A stretch of DNA of 24,000 bases from Bryobacterales bacterium (GTDB taxonomy: Bacteria > Acidobacteriota > Terriglobia > Bryobacterales > UBA6623): assembly GCA_963666225.3 (NCBI GenBank), contig OZ224030.1, positions 1,042,062 through 1,066,061 on the forward strand, read 5' to 3'. Positions 9,720 to 16,205 of the stretch are shown here, piece after piece. The notes under the pieces were generated by a model. The model searched no databases and was not told the DNA's origin. It saw only the letters and a program-made list of their open reading frames with translations. How positions within the stretch are numbered: the stretch's first letter is position 1; the number at the start of each line of letters is the position of its first letter. The translations under genes and the position numbers were made by a program.

Positions 9720-11210
9720 GTGGCGCGCACGCGCCAACCGGCATCCCGCGAGGGACAGGCCGGGCCGGGCAGGGTGGCGGAGAGGCCCGTAGTACCGACG
9801 AAGCCGGGTAACTCCGGCGGAGGGAAGGGACCTCAGTTCGAGAGCGATGCGGGAAGGGGGAAAGGACCGGTGGAGACTGGCGAAGGCCTAGGAGCTCCGG
9901 AAACTGTTCGGAGACTCCAGACGGCATTACATGTGAAAGCGAAGGGAGATCCGGGCTTTCGGTTCTACACGCTGAGTGACAAGGTGTGGCGGGAGGACGT
10001 GATGGCTGCCGCGTGGCAGGCGGTGCGCCGCAACGGCGGGGCCTGCGGAGTGGACGGCGAGACGTTCCAGCACATCGAGGAGCGAGGCGTGGACGGCTGG
10101 CTCGGAGGACTGGCGGAAGAGCTGAGGGAGAACACCTACCGACCGCATGCGGTGCGGCAGGTGCTGATCCCGAAGAAGCAGCCGGGGAAATTCCGACCGC
10201 TGGGCATACCGTGCATCCGGGACCGGGTAGCGCAGACGGCGGCCACGCTGGTGTTGACGCCGATCTTCGAAGCGGACCTGCAACCGGAACAGTACGCCTA
10301 CAGGGAGGGCCGGAGCGCGCTGGACGCGGTGCGTCACGCGCATCGGCTGGTGCACACCGGGCACGGCGAAATCGTGGACGGCGATCTGTCGAATTACTTT
10401 GGCGAGATCCCGCACACCGAACTCATCAAGTCCATCGCGCGGCGCGTTAGCGACGGGCGGATGCTGGGCTGGATCAAGCTGTGGCTGGAGATGGCTGTGG
10501 TAGAGGACGACGGCAAGGGCGGCCAGCGCCGCACGAACCGGGCGCGCCGGGAAAGGAAGGGGACGCCGCAAGGCGCTCCGATCTCCCCGTTGCTGAGCAA
10601 CGTCTACATGCGGCGGTTCCTCCTAGGTTGGAAGCTGCTGGGCCTGGCCCGGCGGTTCGGCGCGGAGATAGTGAATTACGCGGACGACTTCGTGATCTGC
10701 GGCAAGGCCCCGGCGGAAGCCATGCGGGCCGCAGTCGAAAGGATCATGGGGAAGCTGCGCTTACCGCTGAACGCGACGAAGACCGACTGCCTGCGCACGC
10801 CGGAGGAGCCGTTCGAGTTCCTCGGGTACCGCATCGGACGCAATTACAGCCCGCGCACAGGCCGGGCCTACATAGGCACGCGCCCGAGCAAGGCGAGCGT
10901 CCGCAGCATATGCCGCAAGATCAGTGAGCTGACTCGGGCAAGATACGGGCTGCTGGCCCCGGAACTGGTGGTGGCGAGGCTGAACCGAGCGATGCTCGGC
11001 TGGGCGAACTACTTCCGGTTGGGACAGGTGAGCCCGGCGTATTGCGCCGTGGACGCACACGCGGTCAAGCGGCTGCGTCAGTGGCTGTGTCGGAAGCACA
11101 AGGTGAAATCGGGGAGATACGTGCGCTACCCGAGCGAGAGGCTGTGGGACGACTTCGGCCTCGTGCGCCTGCAACTGCTGACGGCCAGCTTCCCGTGGGC
11201 GAAGACATGA
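9720..11210 (+). CDS. Group II intron-encoded reverse transcriptase/maturase (no endonuclease domain seen)
   Basis: The N-terminal block is typical of bacterial intron-encoded proteins (RRLQTALHVKAKGDPGFRFYTLSDKVWREDV...NGGACGVDGETF). RT motifs are present, including PLGIPCIRDRVAQ and NYADDFVI (YADD). The C-terminus has a maturase/X-domain-like segment (LNRAMLGWANYFRLG). The start codon is uncertain: GTG at 9720 or a later GTG. Confidence 0.9.
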   Translation: MARTRQPASREGQAGPGRVAERPVVPTKPGNSGGGKGPQFESDAGRGKGPVETGEGLGAPETVRRLQTALHVKAKGDPGFRFYTLSDKVWREDVMAAAWQAVRRNGGACGVDGETFQHIEERGVDGWLGGLAEELRENTYRPHAVRQVLIPKKQPGKFRPLGIPCIRDRVAQTAATLVLTPIFEADLQPEQYAYREGRSALDAVRHAHRLVHTGHGEIVDGDLSNYFGEIPHTELIKSIARRVSDGRMLGWIKLWLEMAVVEDDGKGGQRRTNRARRERKGTPQGAPISPLLSNVYMRRFLLGWKLLGLARRFGAEIVNYADDFVICGKAPAEAMRAAVERIMGKLRLPLNATKTDCLRTPEEPFEFLGYRIGRNYSPRTGRAYIGTRPSKASVRSICRKISELTRARYGLLAPELVVARLNRAMLGWANYFRLGQVSPAYCAVDAHAVKRLRQWLCRKHKVKSGRYVRYPSERLWDDFGLVRLQLLTASFPWAKT

Positions 11211-11220
11211 TCTCGTCCGA

Positions 11221-11253
11221 GAGCCGGATGCTGGAAATCGGCACGTCCGGTTC
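11221..11253 (+). ncRNA. Group II intron domain V (catalytic hairpin)
   Basis: GAGCCGGAUGCUGGAAAUCGGCACGUCCGGUUC has a 9-bp lower stem with the AGC triad, a 2-nt AC bulge, a 4-bp upper stem and a GAAA-type loop. It lies 10 nt after the IEP stop. Confidence 0.85.
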
Positions 11254-11256
11254 GAC

Positions 11257-11383
11257 GAGCGGGGAGAGGAAACGTGGCTAAGCAGGAAGGTCAGTGAGGC
11301 ACCTACAGATGGCGAAAGCCGTAGGAACAACCCCAAAACAGCTACTGCTTCTTGACTAAGGCCAACGCGCCTCTCCTCGACTC
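11257..11383 (+). ncRNA. Group II intron domain VI, unusually long (about 127 nt)
   Basis: Basal helix GAG/CTC, unpaired A at 11380, then CGGGGAGAGG (11260-11269) pairs with CCTCTCCTCG (11370-11379). The distal arm contains AAGCAG/CTGCTT and a CCTAC...GGC-GAAA-GCC...GTAGG hairpin. All pairings were found by eye only. Confidence 0.55.
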
Positions 11384-11386
11384 TAC

Positions 11387-11435
11387 AGTAGTGCGAATTG
11401 GCCTGCGTATGCTGAAGCTGGGCACAGCCGATTGG
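11387..11435 (+). repeat. Left terminal inverted repeat, inner part (after the intron); contains the DUF4338 start codon
   Basis: AGTAGTGCGAATTGGCCTGCGTATGCTGAAGCTGGGCACAGCCGATTGG matches the reverse complement of 16741-16789 with 3 mismatches. Confidence 0.8.
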
Positions 11436-11519
11436 TTGCGCGAGGCTCTGCGGAAGGGCACGCTCTCGCGGGCGGCCTTGGCACGACAGCTGTGTGAGCT
11501 GGACGGCTGGCGCAACTAG
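11409..11519 (+). pseudogene. DUF4338 (DruA-family) gene, 5' fragment of 36 codons, ending at a TAG supplied by the abutting Rpn cassette
   Basis: MLKLGTADWLREALRKGTLSRAALARQLCELDGWRN*. The sequence continues in frame (NRKGERCAASARKGLPRLAAELGLPLPP...) on the opposite strand at 14500 downward. Confidence 0.65.
11498..11516 (+). repeat. 19-bp junction repeat GCTGGACGGCTGGCGCAAC, copy 1
   Basis: Identical copies occur at 14508-14526 (direct) and 14482-14500 (inverted). All three sit exactly at rearrangement junctions. Confidence 0.9.
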
Positions 11520-11864
11520 CCCTGCCAGCATGATCGTGCCGGTTCCCGTGCTACCGTCCAGCCACTCTCTGGCGGGGCCAGCCCGCGGACTGTGGCTCTT
11601 GAAGGGCGCTGACGATTGAAGGGCCGATGCCCACCCGTGCCCGGCAGCGAACCTCGGCGGTCGTGAGGGCTCAGGCGACCGGGCCCTATGCCGACGCAGC
11701 CGTCTCGGGGCCATCCTCTGCTGGCAGTTGCGGTGTGATGGTTGTCCGCAGGGCTCGTTTCGCGATTCACCGCACAATCATCGAGGCCGGGCGGCGGTGC
11801 TACCCTGCCCCTTGACGCCGACGCGGTCCTGACTTGTAGCGGCGGCGAGCATCACCAACCCACC

Positions 11865-12860
11865 ATGGATCCGGCAGTCAACCCTGGCAAGCCCAAAGAC
11901 AAGAAGCCACGCAACACCATTGACAAGCCGCACGACGCCCTCTTCCAAGGGCTGCTTTCGGACCCGCTGCGCTCGCAGTCCGTGCTGCAGGCGCACCTGG
12001 AGCGGTGGACGCTGGAGCTGCTGGCCGACGAATTGCCAGTGCCGCTGGACCCCAGCTTCGTGGACGAGGCCTTGCGTCGGAGCCAGAGCGACAAGCTGCT
12101 ACAGGTGACGCTCAAGGATGGCGCGCCAGGCTACGTGTATGCCCTGCTGGAGCACAAGTCCTATCCGGACGCAGGTACGGCGCTGCAGATCTCAACGTAC
12201 AAGAGCCGTATCTGGGAACGGTACGCCCAAGGCCGAGCGAGCAGGCTCCGGGCGCTGCCGACGATCATCCCTGTCGTGTTCTATCACGGGGAAGAGGAGT
12301 GGACGGCACCGATGTCGATTCGGGAAATGCTGCGGACCCGGGACGAACGGTCGCGGAAACTGGAGCCAGCGCTTGGGTATTATCTGCGGGACTTGAGAAG
12401 GATTCCAGCGGAGCAACTGGCATCCGACCGGGCAGCGCGGGCGGGTTTGATCGCGCTGCGCCACTCGCATGCGCGCAGCCAGGACGAGCGGCTGCGGGAA
12501 CTGCCCGAAGTAGTGGCCGGGCCACGGTCGGGATCGGAGTACGAGAAGCAGGTTTTCATGTATCTTATGAACATCTGGGGCATCGCGTCCGAAACGCTGG
12601 GAGACGTTGCGGAAGTAGTCAAACCGAGGAGGGGTAAGGCCGTGGTTGGACAGATCGTGCAGGAACTCATTGATCGGGGCGAGGCCAAAGGGCTGGCTGG
12701 TGCCTTGACACGACTCTTGGAGCGTCGATTCGGCATGCTGCCGCTTGCAGTCCGTAGGTGGATCGCAACGGCCCCGCCGAGTGAGCTGGACGATCGGTTC
12801 ACCGACTCCTTGGACGCCAAGTCCCTCGCCGAAGTGTTTCCGGGGCTCGATTGGAACTGA
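11865..12860 (+). CDS. Rpn family recombination-promoting nuclease / putative transposase (PD-(D/E)xK, YhgA-like) with DUF4351-like C-terminal domain, copy 1
   Basis: KPHDALFQGLL near the N-terminus; SDKLLQV...GYVYALLEHKSYPD (D...ExK core); LPTIIPVVFYHGEEEWT; C-terminal GEAKG...LLERRFG...LD...L.AKSLAEV. These match E. coli RpnA-type landmarks (PHDAVFK, YSDVLY, VLIEHQS, LPLVIPILFYHG). I chose the ATG at 11865 over the track's TTG at 11742. No Shine-Dalgarno is visible (CACCAACCCACC-ATG). Confidence 0.85.
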   Translation: MDPAVNPGKPKDKKPRNTIDKPHDALFQGLLSDPLRSQSVLQAHLERWTLELLADELPVPLDPSFVDEALRRSQSDKLLQVTLKDGAPGYVYALLEHKSYPDAGTALQISTYKSRIWERYAQGRASRLRALPTIIPVVFYHGEEEWTAPMSIREMLRTRDERSRKLEPALGYYLRDLRRIPAEQLASDRAARAGLIALRHSHARSQDERLRELPEVVAGPRSGSEYEKQVFMYLMNIWGIASETLGDVAEVVKPRRGKAVVGQIVQELIDRGEAKGLAGALTRLLERRFGMLPLAVRRWIATAPPSELDDRFTDSLDAKSLAEVFPGLDWN

Positions 12861-12977
12861 GGAAGCCGCTGGCCGCGAGCCGCCCGGAGGTTCGCCTCGA
12901 TCTGCACCAGGTAGGACCACAATGCTAACCGGGCGTGGGTTTCCAGATTGTCCCGGCGAGTGCGCGGCGCGCCGGAG

Positions 12978-13224
12978 TCAACCGGAGAAATACTGAAGGT
13001 CCCAGGACGGTCGGCCGCGACAGATCGAGCCAGCGGCTGAGCACCGGCCGGGCGACTTGAGGAAGATACTGGGTGTACGGCTTGCGTCGGACCTCGCGGC
13101 GCGGGCGCTTAATCGTGCTGCGGCACCGTGCGCTGCCCGAAGTGGTGACACAGACGGCGGTCGGGATCGGATCTCGAGAAGCGAGTGTTCTTGTGCCTCA
13201 TGAAGGTTTGGGACGGTGGGCCGA
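12978..13224 (+). pseudogene. Decayed Rpn paralog remnant downstream of copy 1
   Basis: Nucleotide-level colinearity with Rpn codons from about SIREML through ...SGSEYEKQVFMYLMNIW. For example, TCGGGATCGGATCTCGAGAAGCGAGTGTTCTTGTGCCTCATGAAGG aligns with TCGGGATCGGAGTACGAGAAGCAGGTTTTCATGTATCTTATGAAC. The remnant is interrupted by stops and indels. Confidence 0.55.
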
Positions 13225-13285
13225 CTAGCGCGGAAGCGTAGTTAACTCTTACTTTCAGTTGCGAGTTGAAGTTGGCCTGGCCGAA
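13225..13285 (+). repeat. Third, more diverged copy of the terminal-repeat motif (internal)
   Basis: CTAGCGCGGAAGCGTAGTTAAC matches CTAGCGCTACATCGTAGTTAAC of the left TIR at 18 of 22 positions. It is followed by a second similar block (...GTTGCGAGTTGAAGTTGGCCTG versus ...GTAGTGCGAATTGGCCTG). Confidence 0.5.
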
Positions 13286-13820
13286 TCTGTGAGAGTCCCC
13301 GGGGGCGGTGGGCCAAGTCTGGAGGATGGCAGCAGCGGTGCAGACGAGTCTAGTGCCCAGCGGCGTTCTGGGCGTGCTGCAGGCCGCCGTCTTCGGGGAG
13401 AGTGGGCGGCGCTGTCCCTTGGGCGCCCGCGCCTCCCATGGCCGGCGACTGCGGCCAAGCCGTGGGTCTGTGCGAGGTTCAGCCAACAGACTGGCCGACC
13501 GCGCACCGGCTCCAGACGGACTAGCGGACGTTCTCCGGCTTTGCACCCCGGTGAGGGCCCCTGTGGTTCGCCGCGAACTGTCGCGCTAGTCCCGAGCTCT
13601 CCGGCTTGGCGCTACCGGGACTCCATGGCCTGCGGCCGGGCTGCGCTCGGCGGCTATCAATCACCGTCGAAAATTGCACACTTTTCGGGAGCCGCCGCGG
13701 AGGGGGCGGAGCGACCGGAGCGGGGGCTCCCGATGGAGTCGAGACACCCATCATGACCCTGCTCCCCCATTCCCGGTGTGCTCCGCGGAGACGGCGCGGG
13801 AGGCCGTTGGATGGATGGCC

Positions 13821-14500
13821 TTCGAGAGTTCCATATGGCGGCGCATCCCGCGCGTAGCGCACCAGCAAGGAGACCTGCTTGCGATTGCGCTCCGGCTCGC
13901 GGAAGTCCGGCCTGGCCCGCTGCGCCCGCGAGGGCTCCTTGGCCCCCCGCGGCAGGCCCTCCGTCTCACCCAGGCACTCAAAGCCCGCCGCCTTGTAGCA
14001 CGTCGCCCGCCGGTGCTGCTCGACGCAGGTCTCAACCGCCACCGGTGCGCTCCCGTTCAGCCGCTGACAGTCGAGGCCCAAGCGCCGCAGCGCCAAGCCC
14101 GGCACGTGGCTGGCGAGGTTCTTGACAACCACGCCGGAGCGCACCAGGAAACGGTCGTTGGAGACCAGCTTGGGCAGGTTCCGGCGGCGGGTGCGCTCGT
14201 CCCAGCCCAGATGCTGGTCGCGCGGCCCTAGGCGCATCGGCGCGGCCACGAAGCTGACCACCCCCACGACCTGACCCCCCGGCTCGGACGCCGTACACCA
14301 GCCGGAAACCCGGTGCGCGCCCGCGCCCCAGCGGATGTTCCGCAGCCAGCAGATCCCCATAGTGCCGACGCAGCTTGAGCGTGTCGGCCGGGCGCCGCGC
14401 CGGCGGCAAGGGCAGACCTAGCTCTGCCGCCAGCCTTGGCAGACCCTTGCGAGCCGAGGCCGCACACCTCTCCCCTTTCCGGTTGCGCCAGCCGTCCAGC
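13821..14500 (-). pseudogene. DUF4338 (DruA-family) gene, 3' portion on the minus strand; frameshifted
   Basis: Two minus-strand frames together give LDGWRNRKGERCAASARKGLPRLAAELGLPLPP...HPLGRGRAPGFRLVYGVRAGG / QVVGVVSFVAAPMRLGPRDQHLGWDE..NLPKLVSNDRFLV...VKNLASH...VAVETCVEQHRRATCYKAAGFECLGETEG. This follows the DUF4338 pattern (..AAxWxxxxRDxxIGW..NLxxVVNNxRFLILP..NLAS..LLETFV..GTCYKAANW..G.T.G). The frame switches at a G6 run (14275-14280). Several conserved positions are substituted, and the ORF runs past the expected C-terminus. Confidence 0.7.
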
Positions 14501-14526
14501 TGTGTGAGCTGGACGGCTGGCGCAAC
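14482..14526. repeat. Perfect 45-nt palindrome: 19-bp arm, 7-nt spacer (TGTGTGA), 19-bp arm
   Basis: GTTGCGCCAGCCGTCCAGC TGTGTGA GCTGGACGGCTGGCGCAAC. The left arm is the start of the minus-strand DUF4338 3' piece. The right arm plus spacer duplicates 11491-11516. Confidence 0.9.
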
Positions 14527-14807
14527 TAGCCCTGCCAGCATGATCGTGCCGGTTCCCGTGCTACCGTCCAACCACTCTCTGGCGGGGCCAGCCCGCGGAC
14601 TGTGGCTCTTGAAAGGCGCTGACGATTGAAGGGCCGACGCAGCCGTCTCGGGGCCATCCTCTGCTGGCAGTTGCGGTGTGATGGTTGTCCGCAGGGCTCG
14701 TTTCGCGATGCACCGCACAATCATCGAGGCCGGGCGGCGGTGCTACCCTGCCCCTTGACGCCGACGCGGTCCTAGCCTGTAGCGGCGCCGAGCATCACCA
14801 ACCCACC

Positions 14808-15875
14808 ATGGATCCGGCAGTCAACCCTGGCAAGCCCAAAGACGAGAAGCCACGCAACACCATTGACAAGCCGCACGACGCTCTCTTCCAAGGGCTGCTC
14901 TCGGACCCGCTGCGCTCGCAGTCCGTGCTGCAGGCGCACCTGGAGCGGTGGACGCTGGAGCTGCTGGCCGACGAATTGCCAGTGCCGCTGGACCCCAGCT
15001 TCGTGGACCAGGCCTTGCGTCGGAGCCAGAGCGACAAGCTGCTGCAGGTGACGCTCAAGGATGGCGCGCCAGGCTACGTGTATGCCCTGCTGGAGCACAA
15101 GTCCTATCCGGACGCAGGTACGGCGCTGCAGATCTCAACGTACAAGAGCCGTATCTGGGAACGGTACGCCCAAGGCCGAGCGAGCAGGCTCCGGGCGCTG
15201 CCGACGATCATCCCTGTCGTGTTCTATCACGGGGAAGAGGAGTGGACGGCACCGATGTCGATTCGGGAAATGCTGCAGACCCGGGACGAACGGTCGCGGA
15301 AGCTGGAGCCAGCGTTTGGGTATTATCTGAGGGACTTGAGAAGGATTCCAGCGGAGCAACTGGCATCCGACGCCGCAGCGCGGGCGGGTTTGATCGCGCT
15401 GCGCCACTCGCATGCGCGCAGCCAGGACGAGCGGCTGCGGGAACTGCCCGAAGTAGTGGCCGGGCCACGGTCGGGATCGGAGTACGAGAAGCAGGTTTTC
15501 ATGTATCTTATGAACATCTGGGGCATCGCGTCCGAAACGCTGGGAGACGTTGCGGAAGTAGTCAAACCGAGGAGGGGTAAGGCCGTGGTTGGACAGATCG
15601 TACAGGAGCTCATTGATCGGGGCAAGGCCCAGGGGCTGGCGCAAGGGCTGATCAAGGGGGAGGCCAAGGGCGAGGCCAAGGGGCTGATCAAGGGCGAGGC
15701 CAAAGGGCTGGCTGGTGCCTTGACACGACTCTTGGAGCGTCGATTCGGCATGCTGCCGCGTGCAGTCCGTAGGTGGATCGCAACGGCCCCGGCCAGTGAG
15801 CTGGACGCTCGGTTTACCGACTCCTTGGACGCCAAGTCCCTCGCCGAGGTATTTCCGGGCCTTGATTGGAACTGA
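14808..15875 (+). CDS. Rpn family recombination-promoting nuclease / putative transposase, copy 2
   Basis: Near-identical to copy 1, with a handful of substitutions by eye. It carries a 24-codon expansion of a GEAKG/GLIKG-type repeat in the linker before the C-terminal domain. It has the same upstream leader minus a 67-bp segment. Confidence 0.85.
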   Translation: MDPAVNPGKPKDEKPRNTIDKPHDALFQGLLSDPLRSQSVLQAHLERWTLELLADELPVPLDPSFVDQALRRSQSDKLLQVTLKDGAPGYVYALLEHKSYPDAGTALQISTYKSRIWERYAQGRASRLRALPTIIPVVFYHGEEEWTAPMSIREMLQTRDERSRKLEPAFGYYLRDLRRIPAEQLASDAAARAGLIALRHSHARSQDERLRELPEVVAGPRSGSEYEKQVFMYLMNIWGIASETLGDVAEVVKPRRGKAVVGQIVQELIDRGKAQGLAQGLIKGEAKGEAKGLIKGEAKGLAGALTRLLERRFGMLPRAVRRWIATAPASELDARFTDSLDAKSLAEVFPGLDWN

Positions 15876-15992
15876 GGAAGCTGCTGGCCGCAAGCCGCCC
15901 GGAGGTTCGCCTCGATCTGCACCAGGTCGGACCACAATGCTAACCGGGCGTGGGTTTCCAGGTTGTCCCGGCGAGTGCGCGGCGCGCCGGAG

Positions 15993-16198
15993 TCAACCGG
16001 GGAAATACTGAAGGTCCCAGAACGGTCGACCGCGAGAGATCGAACCAGCGTCCGAGCACCGGCCGGGCGCCTTGAGGAAGATACTGGGTGAACGGCTTGC
16101 GTCGGACCTCGCGGCGCGGGCGCTTAATCGTGCTGCGGCACCGTGCGCTGCCCGAAGTGGTGACACAGACGGCGGTCGCGATCGGATCTCGAGAAGCG
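15993..16198 (+). pseudogene. Decayed Rpn paralog remnant downstream of copy 2, truncated by a crossover into genuine Rpn sequence
   Basis: Colinear with 12978-13188. At GAGAAGCG (16191-16198) the sequence switches from the decayed type to the intact-gene type. Confidence 0.55.
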
Positions 16199-16205
16199 GG
16201 TTTTC

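Larger units (their letters stand above)
9374..11386 (+). mobile_element. Group II intron (ORF-containing, full length)
   Basis: The 5' end is GTGCG. The RT/maturase ORF lies in domain IV, a canonical domain V is at 11221-11253, and domain VI has a bulged A 7 nt from a ...UAC 3' end. Both boundaries are fixed independently: the flanks 9324-9373 and 11387-11435 are contiguous in the uninterrupted right TIR copy. Confidence 0.9.

Noticed and set aside
9374-9811. 145-aa ORF at the 5' end of the intron
   Set aside because: It lies in ribozyme domains I-III, begins at the GUG of the intron's GUGCG 5' end, and has an Arg/Gly/Ala-rich composition.
11742-11864. Upstream TTG start extending both Rpn ORFs by 41 codons (also 14685-14807)
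   Set aside because: The extension is not Rpn-like. In the family the conserved PHDA(L/V)F motif sits near the N-terminus, which fits the ATG at 11865 and 14808.
12861-13110. Minus-strand peptide (IKRPRREVRRKPYTQYLPQVARPVLSRWLDLSRPTVLG...) as a possible transposase/HTH remnant downstream of each Rpn gene
   Set aside because: The same DNA aligns on the plus strand with the Rpn coding sequence, so it is a decayed paralog. The crossover at 16191-16198 confirms that homology, so the minus-strand reading is antisense noise.
13521-14360. 279-aa minus-strand ORF treated as an intact gene
   Set aside because: Only its central part is DUF4338-like. Its first ~24 residues are the wrong frame of the upstream DUF4338 segment, and the last ~100 residues are low-complexity read-through. 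It is one frame of a frameshifted, truncated pseudogene.
15621-15715. Short tandem repeats as a possible CRISPR or non-coding minisatellite
   Set aside because: The units are 15-24 nt, contiguous and without spacers. They are in frame inside the Rpn ORF (GEAKG/GLIKG peptide repeats).
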